Assembly (NCBI RefSeq): GCF_009914755.1
Contig: NC_060933.1
Direction: 5' to 3' (one strand)
Origin: the human T2T-CHM13v2.0 reference genome, Homo sapiens
Length of the DNA: 64,000 nt
Shown here: piece after piece, positions 1-18,408 of the stretch
How the letters are laid out: each line of letters starts with the position of its first letter
Numbering within the stretch: the first letter of the stretch is position 1
Notes under the pieces: generated by a model
Databases searched by the model: none
Told to the model about the DNA's origin: nothing
Seen by the model: only the letters and a program-made list of their open reading frames with translations
Position numbers and translations under genes: made by a program

Positions 1-1
1 G

Positions 2-127
<126 letters not shown>

Positions 128-461
128 TAAAGAAAGTTCTGGTCACAGAAAGAGAAGAGTGTGGCTAGGCACAGTGGCTCACACCTGTGATCACAGCACT
201 TTGGGAGGCTGAGGCAGGAGTACTGCTTGAATCCAGGAGTTCAACACCAGCCTGGGCAACATAGTGAGACCCTGTCTCTACTGAAAAGTACAAAAAGTAC
301 AAAAGTACAAAAATGAGCCGGACATGGTGGTGCTTGCCTGTAGTCCCAGCTACTCAGGAGGCTGAGGTTGGAGGATCACTTGAGCCCAGGAGGTCAAGGC
401 TGCAGTGAGCCATGATTGCACCACTGCACTCTAACTTGGGCAAGAGAGCGAGACCCTGTAT

Positions 462-640
462 GAAAAAAAGGAAGGAAGGAAGGAAGGGAAGGAAGGGAAG
501 GAAGGGAAGGGAGGGAAGGGAAGGGAAGGAAGGAAGGGGAAGGGGAAGGGGAAGGGGAAGGGAAGGTAGGAAGGAAGGAAGGAAGGACAAAGGAATAAAA
601 ATGATCAGAAGGAAGGAAGGAAGGAAAAGTGAAAGAAGAG
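462..640 (+). repeat. (GGAA/GGGAA)n polypurine tract derived from an Alu tail
   Basis: Directly visible; begins 59 nt into intron 15 from the exon 15 donor. Confidence 0.95.
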
Positions 641-698
641 TAACTCAGATATTATGGTTTATAAAAGGCAGGGGAATCCAGCAGACATGAAATGTCAC

Positions 699-835
699 CT
701 TCAAATGTGTAGAGAGCTTTGCACGTCCCTATGGCAGGGAGGGGCTCCTCATCATCAAACTCGTCGTCAAAATCCGTGGCCAGCACCTTCATCTCACTCT
801 CCTGACTCTGCTCCTCTGTGTAACTGCCATCTGGG
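699..835 (-). CDS. FNBP1: FNBP1 exon 15, 137 nt, phase 2-1: [45 protein letters not shown](G) (acidic linker, SH3 start)
   Basis: Acceptor gagcag|C CCA, donor G|gtgaca; KALYTF is a typical SH3 start; lies within ORF 652..960. Confidence 0.96.
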
Positions 836-1159
836 CTGCTCAAGAAAGGAAAACACAAAGCAACTAAAGCGACTGACCCCAGGGAGGACTCAGATTGAGT
901 CCCTGCGACTGGAGAGCACTTGCAACCCCGCCCCTCAGCGAGTGCTGTAACTGAGGCCATGGTAAATCATCGCACGCTCAGATCACCCATCCCATGTGGA
1001 ATTATAAATCTGCATCATGGAAAAAGTGACAGGTCAATCGCAACAGACATTTTGGCATTGAACAAGTGCCTTATGGTCATTCCAGATTCCAAAATTTAGA
1101 AATAAATACAAAGCCAACAGGCTCCCTTGCCAGAGGCAGGCGCTGTGCAGATACTGTAC

Positions 1160-1281
1160 CTCTCACGGTCCTGGGCGCAGTTGTTGACTGTGGGTGGGTT
1201 CTGGCTGTCGTACAGTCCGCTCTGCCGGCGCGCCTGCTCGTTGCGTGCTGGGAGCCGGCCTTCAACCTCAGCCAGCCAGGC
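1160..1281 (-). CDS. FNBP1: FNBP1 exon 14, 122 nt, phase 0-2: [41 protein letters not shown]
   Basis: Acceptor ctccag|GCC, donor AG|gtacag; CpG-rich coding sequence. Confidence 0.96.
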
Positions 1282-1313
1282 CTGGAGACAAAAGCAATGA
1301 GAGACTCCAACCT

Positions 1314-1395
1314 AAGGCCATCTGAGGGTCAGCCCAGAGTGTCCTAAGGTCCCAAAGGCCATCTGAGGGCCAGCCCGGAGCATCCTAAGGTCCCA
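1314..1395. repeat. 2 x 41-bp tandem duplication (4 mismatches)
   Basis: AAGGCCATCTGAGGG[T/C]CAGCCC[A/G]GAG[TG/CA]TCCTAAGGTCCCA. Confidence 0.95.
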
Positions 1396-1986
1396 AACTC
1401 AGGGGCTACTCTTGGCCATTTAACCCAATGTGAGGAAGTCCACGTGGGGGCAGAATGGCCACGTTTTCTGCCTTCGACTGTTCAAATGTACTGAAGGACG
1501 GTTGCTTCCATTTCACCCGAAGTTGGAGACATAGAAACAAACTCATATTTATGTGGTTGCCCACGATGGGGCAGAAAGCACACTGGACTATGCTATCCCC
1601 TTGGGCTTTTAAGCAGCAGTGCAGTCTTGGATAAGTCACTTCTAGTTCCTTCTTGACCATGAGGTCGCCCTGTGATACCTGAAGGTACAGCCATGCTTAA
1701 AGCAGTGACTCAGTTTGAAAGCCACACTTCCTATTTTTTAGGAGTGTAACTTTTTTTTTTGATAGAAATGAAACTTGTACTTAAAGTAGATAAAATGACC
1801 TTCAGCATTTGAAACAGTATAAACAAGTCAAAGGAATAAAAATGACGAGAAGGCCGGGCGCGGTGGCCACACCTGTAATCCCAGCACTTTGGGAGGCCGA
1901 GGTGGGTGAATCACTTCAGGTTGGGAGTTTCAGACCAGCCTGGCCAACATGGTGAAACCCTGTCTCTACTAAAAGTACAAAAATTA

Positions 1987-2322
<336 letters not shown>

Positions 2323-2325
2323 TTA

Positions 2326-2529
<204 letters not shown>

Positions 2530-3592
2530 TCAGGAGGCTGAGGCAGGAGAATCACTTGAACCTGGGAAGTGGAGGTCACACTGAGGTGAGATCACGCTAC
2601 TACACTCCAGCCTGGGCAACAGGGCGAGACTTCATCTCAAAAAAAAGAATGAAAAAAGCCATAGTTGACCCTTCATTGCTGGAAACAATCTATTCTGACT
2701 GGTAGAATCGGTTGCTAATGTATTTTTCCATGCTCTGTAGTCTTTAAACGTGGTAGGGAGAGTGGGTTCAGGAGGCTTTTGTTGACAGCTTTTGAGTGCT
2801 CCTCTCCCTCCCTCAAGCTTTGATTATTTATGTTTCCTGCTTGTTTCTCCTTTGTGTTTGCTGCTGGTTCTCACACACACCCTTTCCATAATGGGCCTGC
2901 TGAGAGAACAATTGTACATTTCAGGGGATTTTTTTCATTGCTTCTTTGATTCACTGGGATAACGGATCGCTCTATACTCCCAATTTTATTACCATGAGAT
3001 GAAGCAGAATAACTTAAAGTACAAAAAATACTGGCCAGGCACAGTGGCTCACAGTGGCTCACAGCTGTAATCCCAGCACTCTGGGAGGCCAAGGTGGGAG
3101 GATGGCTTAAGGCCAGGAGTTCAAGACCAGTCTGTGCAACAGAGCAAGACCTCAACTCTAAAACAAATAAAAAATTGAAAAATAAAAGTTAGCCAGGTAT
3201 GGTGGCATGTGCCTGTAATCCCAGCTCCTCAAAGGCTGAGCCAAGGAGATCAAGGCTGCAGTGAGCTACAAGCATGCCACTGTACTCCAGCCTGGGCAAC
3301 AAAGCAAAATCCTGTCTCTAAAATTAAAAAACAACCCCGCCAACCCCGCACCGTATACAGATACAACATTAAACATTGTCAGGTTTTACAGCCACGATTA
3401 AGATAGGCTATGATGAGTAGGAGAATGTTCAACGGCGAAGAGTGTATTTTTCCTTTGACCATAACTCCTGAAACAGCCTGCCATTCCCACTGTGTACCTC
3501 CCAGTGAGAGGATCGTCAGGGCCCCACACCATTCTACACCGAGGAACACCTGTTCTTCGTTTCCAACAAAGCTTTCCACAACAGAAGTTTCA

Positions 3593-3787
<195 letters not shown>

Positions 3788-4666
3788 TCACTCTTGTCAC
3801 CCAGGCTGGAGTGCAATGGTGCGATCTCGGCTCACTGCAACGATCTTGGCTCACTGCAACCTTCACCTCCAGGGTTCAAGCAATTCTGCTGCCTCAGCCT
3901 CCAGAATAGCTGGGATTACAGGTGCATGCCACCACACCCACCTAATTTTTGTATTTTTAGTAGAGATGGGGTTTTGCCACGTTGGCCAGGCTGGTCTTGA
4001 ACTCCTGACCTTAGGTGATCTGCCTGTCTCAGCCTCCTAAAGTGCTGGGATTATAGGCGTGAGCTACCGCACCACCCGGCAAAGGTTACTCTTATCAGCC
4101 AATATTCTACCACTTTGAAAGCCATATGAATGGAAACGTGGGAAGATTAGAGTATGGATAAGGGACTATTGGGCCAGCTTCCATTCTGGAAATTCTCTAT
4201 AGGAATTCTGCTACCAATGGCTATAAATAAAGAAGCTGATTTTTCAATTTCAGTTCTCTTCTCTAATGGTTATCTCCTTATTGTCCCCAATAACTGAGAA
4301 GCATAAATTAATCCTGCCCTTCCCTTTGCCACACAGATAAAATAAATAAATAAATAAAAGCCAATACTTTAAAAATTTTTAATTAATTAATTTATTTTTG
4401 AGACCAGGTTATGAGACTGGCTAATTTTTGTATTTTTGGTAGAGACTGCGTTTTGCCATGTTGCCCAGGCTGGTCTTGAACTCCTGGCCTCAAGCAATCC
4501 ACCTGCCTCGGCCTCCCAAAGTGCTGGGATTACAGGCATGAGCCACCGAATCTGGCTTCAAAACCCAAGTATTTCCAACATGGTGAAACCCCGTCTCTAC
4601 TAAAATTACAAAAATTAGCCAGGCGTGATGGCATGTCCCCTTAATCCCAGCTACTTGGGAGGCTTA

Positions 4667-4933
<267 letters not shown>

Positions 4934-5479
4934 TTAAGAAACTGAATCCATAGTTGGTATCCACGACAGGTAAGTGACAGAGCCTTAAAGCTACACACTG
5001 TGGATCCCACATCCTTCCTGAAATCATGTCTGGAAGCAGCCCATGGTAGCCCGGGCAGGCATCCCTAGAGAAGTTCGGGGCATGTTTGGGTTGAAGACCA
5101 AAGAGCTCTACTAATTTTACCCTTGTTGCAGGGCACTTTTGGTAGGCTTCGAGTCATTAAAAATTTAGAGCAAATGACTGCCAGGGTTAAGGGCCAACTT
5201 TGATGAGTGTCAGCAAAAGAAAATCCAAAGCAGGCCATACAATACAATAGAAGGCCAAAAGACAAACCAAAAGATACATTCTGAGTCATGAGAAATAGTT
5301 TAACTAAAAATATAGAAATAACAGGAAGAGAGCTTCTACAAGTCCTCACCACCCTCCACCTAAGAGGCTGAGACCCACTTGGACTTCCAGCCGCTTTATC
5401 TTGTTTCTTTCCTCTCTTCCTTCCTTCCTATCTTCCTTATTTCCTTCCTGCCTTCTTTCCCACAGCATGCATCATTCAT

Positions 5480-5642
5480 TATTATTATGCTTATTGTTCA
5501 CTGTCTGTCTCCTCCTGTTACAGTGGAAGCTCTTGGAGGAAGCTCTATGAGCTCAAGTTACATTGTTAACTTGATGGATCCCAAGTGTCGAAGCCATCCT
5601 TGGCACATAGTAGATGCTCAATGAATATTTGTTAAATAAATA
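5480..5642 (+). mobile_element. L2 3' end
   Basis: CTTGGCACATAGTAGATGCTCAATGAATATTTGTTAAATAAA resembles the L2 terminus. Confidence 0.7.
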
Positions 5643-5999
5643 CATATTTAAATAAACATTTAAAAATCATGTTTATAAATAATTTTTAAACATTTTTAAA
5701 TAATGTTAAATGTTCTTAAAAATGTTTAAATAAACATTTATTTATTTAACAAATAACAAACATGACAAGCCAAGTGTAATGTTGTCCGCCCTTATGATGT
5801 CCTTTCCGAAACCCGTCTCGTCTCTTGACTTCATGGCCCACACCTCCCACTACCTCCCTATTTCTCAGCAAAAGCCCTCAACAGAGTTGTCTATATCCAT
5901 TATCTTTAGCTTCTCTCCTCCCAGTCTTTCCTAATCAATCTTTCCACATGTTTATCAACTTTATTGATCTTTTTAAGGAAGAACTTTTGGATCTGTTGA

Positions 6000-6001
<2 letters not shown>

Positions 6002-6050
<49 letters not shown>
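6002..6050. repeat. Compound (TG)n(TA)n microsatellite
   Basis: Directly visible. Confidence 0.95.
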
Positions 6051-6054
<4 letters not shown>

Positions 6055-6073
6055 TTAATTATTTTTGAGATAG

Positions 6074-6172
<99 letters not shown>

Positions 6173-6345
6173 TGAGTAGCTGGGACTACAGGCGCCCCAT
6201 CATGCCCAGCTAATTTTTGTATTTTTAGTAGAGACAGGGTTTTGCCATGTTGGCCAAGCTGGTCTTGAACTCCTGACCTCAGATGATCCACCCACCTCAG
6301 TCTCCAAAGTGCTGGGATTCCAGGCATGAGCCACCATGCCCAGCC

Positions 6346-8225
<1,880 letters not shown>

Positions 8226-8288
8226 TTTTTCTTGGAGACGGGGTCTTGCTCTGTTGCCCAAGGTGGAATGCAGTGGTATACCTCTTGA

Positions 8289-8657
<369 letters not shown>

Positions 8658-8836
8658 TAGCCAGGATGGTCTCGATCTCCTGACCTTGTGATCTGCCCGC
8701 CTCGGCCTCCCAAAGTGCTAGGATTACAGGTGTGAGCCACTGTGCCCAGCTGGGTTTTGATTCTTAAGCAAACAGCTCACTGCAGCCTCCACCTCCCAGG
8801 CTAAAGCAATTCTCCCCACCTCAGCCTCCCAAGTAG

Positions 8837-9146
<310 letters not shown>

Positions 9147-9236
9147 TGAACTCCCGGACTCAAGCGATCTTCCTGCCTCAGCCTCCCAAAGTGCTGGGAT
9201 TACAGGTGTGAACCACCATGCCCAGCCTGAACTTGA

Positions 9237-9494
<258 letters not shown>

Positions 9495-9596
9495 TGATCT
9501 CTTGACCTCAGGTGATCCACCCACCGCAGCCTCCCAAAGTGCTGGGATTACAGGTTGTGAGCCACTGCGCCTGGCCTTGAATTTCTTAATAAGTCA

Positions 9597-9971
<375 letters not shown>

Positions 9972-10234
9972 CTACAGTAAAGGAGAGTAAGAGATACTTC
10001 TGACTCTAGGGAGAATCCATGAAAAACACATTTTGAGACAGTCTTCTTCCTTTTCCTACCAAGTGTTACCATCAATGTCAGTGGCAACACTGAAGTGTTA
10101 ATGAAATTTATGTTTCCTTAATACAAACCCCATCAACCACTGCACGCCTAGCTGCTGCCTTTTCCCTAGCGTGAGTATTCCTGCCAGTCTCTTCACACAG
10201 GCTGAGGCCAAAAGTCTCCACCCCTGTAAAGTGA

Positions 10235-10545
<311 letters not shown>

Positions 10546-11043
10546 TGATCTGCTCACCTTGGCCTCCCAAAGTGCTGGGATTACAGGCATGAGCCGCCGC
10601 GCCCAGCCTAGTGACTTCTTTTAGGCCTTTAGGAAGCCTCTCAGAGTTCAGAGAGAATGCCCTCCCTGACCTCAAAATCAGTTTTCCACAGTGTACGAAA
10701 CTCATCTCCGCGGTTTTTAATCTGTCAGAAGAACTGCATTTTGATATCTTGATTCCCTTTTCAAAAGCAGCTGCTCTCTTTACACTGTGCATGAGCTTTA
10801 AGGAGAAAGTATCAACAGTTTCAGGCTTTGACATATGCTTACTTGTTAGAAAGCTCTGGCTAAATTGTGATGTCAAGTGCTTTTACTTAAGTGAGGCTAT
10901 GTTCATAAAGAGAGAGAAATTTCGTGCTGGGCACGGTGGCTCATGCCTGTAATTCCAGCACTTTGGGAGGCCGAGGTGGGTGGATCATAAGGTCAGGAGT
11001 TTGAGACCAGCCTGGCCAACAATGTGAAACACCGTCTCTGCTA

Positions 11044-11250
<207 letters not shown>

Positions 11251-11575
11251 TCAAATAACCAGGGATAAGCCAGGGCATTTAGAAAAGAGATTTTACTTTA
11301 AACCCTCAATTCTTTTGAAACAAGGGCAAGGCAGGCTTGGGGCAGGGTAGAAAGAGGAGACCCAGTTAATGTAATTCCAGAAGCAAGTTGCATTTGCCAA
11401 GCAGCTTACACGTGGGCTTATGACTGGGTTCCTAGGCTGATTATGATAAAATGCCAGGGTGATGTGCTGGGAAGTGTGTGATTCAGCAAATAGTTGACCA
11501 CAAAAGGCCACGCAAAGACCTTTCAGCTAATGTTCTCAAAGACACACCCATCAGACACACTGACTGACTCTCTAA

Positions 11576-11605
11576 TGTGTGTGTGTGTGTGTGTGTATGT
11601 GTGTG
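11576..11605. repeat. (TG)n microsatellite, one interruption
   Basis: Directly visible. Confidence 0.9.
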
Positions 11606-11682
11606 AGATAAGAGTTGAGTGAAACCAGAATGGAAGTGACTATTCCTAATAGCAAACCAAAGAAGTTTGACTCTAAATCTAA

Positions 11683-13045
<1,363 letters not shown>

Positions 13046-13504
13046 GAGCATGTTTTCCAGAACTGAGAATTTTTTAAAAGCTGGAATACAGCAAAACACA
13101 ATGCTAAGATACACTGCTTCAGAAATCAGGAAATCTAGGCCAGGCGCGGTAGCTCATGCCTGTAATCTTGGCACTTTGGGAGGCCGAGGCGGGTGGATCA
13201 CCTGAGGTCGGGAGTTTGAGACGAGCCTGACCAACATGGAAAAACCCCGTCTCTACTAAAAATACAAAATTAGCCAGGCGTGGTGGCGCCCGTCTGTAAT
13301 CCCAGCTACTCAGGAGGCTGAGGCAGGAAAATCGCTTGAACCCGGGAGGTGGAGGTTGTGGTGAGCTGAGATTGCGCCACTGCGCACTCCAGCCTGGACA
13401 ACATGAGTAAAACTCCATCTCAAAAAAAAAAAAAAAAAAAAGTCACAAAATCTGGCAAGTGGTCAACATTCACCTCGTTAATATGTGCTGAGCCTTGCTA
13501 TGTG

Positions 13505-14006
<502 letters not shown>

Positions 14007-14165
14007 TTTAGCCTCTGTGCAGGTGTATAAACAGGTGCAAAGAAATCTATCAGTAAAACACATTGTACTGATAACTTATAAATAGATAAGAAAACAACAA
14101 AGACAGGCCATAACAGGAGGAGTTGGTATGGGAAGAGAGGGTCATATACATGTACCTATGTTTTA

Positions 14166-14579
<414 letters not shown>

Positions 14580-15481
14580 CTACTTTTTCAGATTTTGGGT
14601 TTTTTGTTTTGTTTTATAGTTTTTTTTTTGAGACAGGGTTTCATTCTATCACCCAAGGCTGGAGCAGCCTCAACCTCCTGGGCTCAATCAATCCTTCTGC
14701 CTCAGCCTCCAGTATAGCTGGGACCACAGGCACAGACCACCATGCCTGGCTAATTTTTGTATTTGTTTGTAGAGTCAGGTTTCACCATGCTGCTCAGGCT
14801 GGTCTAGAACTCCTGGGCGCAAATGATCTGCCTGCCCCCACCTCCCAAAGTGCAGAGATTACAGGCGTGAGCCACCACACCTGGTCCCACATCTTTTTTC
14901 TTTTGTCTTTTTTTTTTTTTTCAGACATGGTCTCACTCTGTCACCCAAGCTGGAGTGCAGTGGCGCAATGATAGCTCACTGCAACCTTGAGCTCCTGGGC
15001 TCAGGCAATCTTCCTGCCTCAGCCTTCCAAAGCACTGGGATTCCAGGCACAAACCACCGTGCCCAGCCAGCGCTTCACTTCTTTGTTGCCTTCAAGGTAA
15101 TGATATAAAGCAATAATTCAATACCAAGTTGGTAAAATAATTTGTATTTCAAACAGAAAGACTGCCTAAAAATATTACCTTTTGCTCCTAGCACCCAGAC
15201 AAACAATGAATAAAGGGAAATAAGGAAACCCTGGCAGCTGAGAAGGCCTCCTAGTCAATAGATCCAGTTTCTCCCAAGTTCATACTGCAGATGAACTTGT
15301 AGTTCATTTAAGTATCTAGATCTCTTTCCTTCATGTAGAGACCTTAATCAAAGACTCTTCTCAGGATTTTATTTCACAGCCTAAGAAATGTTTATTTAAT
15401 TTAATAAAATACTCTTTTTCTTTAAGGTTGGGTCCATTACCAAATACTAAGTCATGTTGAAAAAATTATGTATATACATAC

Positions 15482-15488
<7 letters not shown>

Positions 15489-15531
<43 letters not shown>
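15489..15531. repeat. (TA)n microsatellite
   Basis: Directly visible. Confidence 0.95.
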
Positions 15532-15534
<3 letters not shown>

Positions 15535-16702
15535 ACCATAAAATACTATCCTAGGTTATCAATAGTGTGCTTATAGTGCTGATCTTACTCCTAGTAGAAC
15601 TGTCACAGTTGATCACTGTCCATTATTTTAGGATATTCTTAGCTGTGGAGTTTGAGAAGACTATGAAACTATTATACATATTTGAAGTATAGTTATAGGT
15701 TATGTTAGTTACTTTTAATAAATTTAATGATTAGTTTGACTGTTGACTAGGCATATACAATTAAGTAGAAACGACACAAAACACTGAGTGAATAATTCTA
15801 AAAAGGCTTAGGAGGCTCTTTTCACTGTCCATGAAATCATCTTGTGGCCTCTTGAATCAGCTATGCACAAGGCACCAACATATCTACGTCGCACCATAAA
15901 GATTCCACAGTCTTCCATTTCCACAGGTGGCCTCAAACCTGGGTAGCAGCTGCTGGCTGGGATCATTCCTGCACAGCTCCTCCAGGCTCCCAGATTTTTT
16001 CATCTACTTCTATGGTTCTCTAATAGCAACATTTTTCAACTATTAATTTACTTTTATTCAAAATGATCCAACAGACACCCTCCAAGATTTAATATTTACG
16101 TTCATATATATATATTTGGAGACAGAGTCTTGCTCTGTCACCCAGGCTGGAAGTCCAGTGGTATAATCTCGGCTCACTGCACCCTTCACCTCCCGGGTTC
16201 AAGCAGTTCTCTGCCTCAGCCTCCCAAGTAGCTGGGACTACAGGCGCACGCTGCCACGCCCGGCTAATTTTTTGGTTTTTTGTAGAGATGGGGTTTCACC
16301 GTGTTGCCCGGGTTGGTCTCGAACTCCTGAGCTCAGGCAATCCACCCACCTTGGCCTCCCAAAGTGCTAGGATTACAGGCGTGAGCCACTGCGCCCGGCC
16401 TTTACGTTAATATTTATATAGACACTTTAACATTTGTCCTCCTCTCAAGGCCCCAGGAATAACACCAAGTCGTGAGTTAAATGTTAATTTTCTTAGCAAC
16501 TTGAAAAGATTAAGATCACCTCTATTAGATTCTGGACCTTTGTATCCAAGAAGTCTAATAAGGAAACACCAACAAAAGCACACGTAAGAGAAACACAAAC
16601 CAAGTTAACTTTGAAGATACGTTGTGCATGGCATAGCATTCATAAAAGACACACCAGAAAACCTGATTAGACTCAGGACATGCATGGAACAATTGTGCTT
16701 AC

Positions 16703-16717
16703 CAGCTTGAGAGAAAG
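16703..16717 (-). CDS. FNBP1: FNBP1 exon 11, 15-nt microexon, phase 0-0: LSLKL
   Basis: catgaag|CTTTCTCTCAAGCTG|gtaagc; supplies the LSLKL I recall between ...SLKRG and GATPEDF...; long CU-rich tract upstream. Confidence 0.9.
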
Positions 16718-17750
16718 CTTCATGTAAAAATTGGAGAGGTATGGGAAAAATAGAGAGAAAGAGAGAGAGAAAGAGAAAAAAAAACAACAACACATCAGAA
16801 GAAGAGGAACTTGGTCAGTTCCGCCATATTAAAATAACACACACGTCTACCCGCTGATTTATAAAAATGACTTGTAGCAGATCTGTGCAAAAGTTCACAA
16901 GAAGGGCTGCTCCCTAATAACATTTTTCTTAGGCTCCACATTGCCAGAGCCAAAGATCAGATAGAAAAGGAGGGTTTCTGTTACAGGCCTGTACTGGCCA
17001 CCTCAGCCTAGATGTAAATTAAAGTAAGCTTATAGTCAGTGACACATAATGACTATAAAAGAAAAAATACAGGGCCGGGTGCAGTGGCTCACACCTGTAA
17101 TCCCAGCACTTTGGGAGGCCAAGGCAGGTGGATCACCTGAGGTCGGGAGCTCGAGACCAGCCTGACCAACACGGAGAAACCCTGTCTCTACTAAAAATAC
17201 AGTATTAGCCGGGTGTGGTGGTGCACACCTGTAATCCCAGCTATTCAGGAGGCTGAGGCAGGAGAATCGCTTGAACCTGGGAGACGGAGGTTGCAGTGAG
17301 CTGAGGTCGCGCATTGCACTCCAGCCTGGGCAACAAGAGTGAAACTCCATCTCAAAAAAAAAACAAAAAAAAAAGAAAAAATATAATCACACAACCTTTT
17401 GTTCTCCAAATTTCCCATGGAAAGTTTTATACAGACGAAAACAAGTCTGAACACCAATTACTTCCATGACAGGAAAGTAATATTTTAATCTTAAGGAGCT
17501 CTAATAAATATAAACATTGACATGAAGGCAAAGTCTGAAATTGGTGAATTGGTAACAAAGGGCTGACTAGCATTGCTCTAAGAAACTACCTGCAGGACCC
17601 AGAATGCCTCTCGCAGCCAGGCTAGAGGCCAACATTCTCTCCCACCCGAGAAGTGTGTGCCACCCCTTGCTCCGTGGAGGGTGTCTGCTGATGCTTTCTA
17701 TGAAACTCAGCCCTGTCCACAGGGGTTATTTGGAGAATTATCCACTGTGA

Positions 17751-17873
<123 letters not shown>

Positions 17874-18255
17874 TGAGTAGCTGGGATTACAGGTGCCTGC
17901 CACCACGCCCAGCTAATGTTTTGTATTTTTAGTAGAGACGGGGTTTCGCCTTGTTGGTCAGGCTGGTCTTGAACTCCTGACCTCGTGATCCGCCCGCCTC
18001 CCAAAGTGCTGGGATTATAGGTGTGAGCTACTGTGCCCAGCTGTGACTGCTCTTTTTAAAGTATTTATTTACTTATCAATTTGCTGATTTTTGGTTTTGT
18101 TTTTGGAGACAGGGCAGGTTGCATGGTGGCACAATCCCAGCTCACTGAAGCCTCAACCTCTAGAGCTCAAATGATCCTCGCACCTCAGCCTCCTGAGTAG
18201 CTGGGACTATAGGTACGTGCCACCACGTCCAGCTAAGTTTTGTATTTTTTGGTAG

Positions 18256-18408
<153 letters not shown>

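Noticed and set aside
462-640. GGAA microsatellite as an EWS-FLI1 response element
   Set aside because: Uninterrupted GGAA runs are short (about 4 units); the tract is mostly GGGAA/GGGGAA
652-960. ORFs 652..960, 9594..9911, 24498..24761 and 27855..28115 as complete proteins
   Set aside because: Each is an FNBP1 exon plus intronic read-through
3405-3475. C-box (ATGATGA) and D-box (CTGA) suggesting a snoRNA
   Set aside because: Antisense to the host gene with no terminal stem. Sense-strand C-boxes near 21520, 33680 and 39535 lack a suitably placed D-box.
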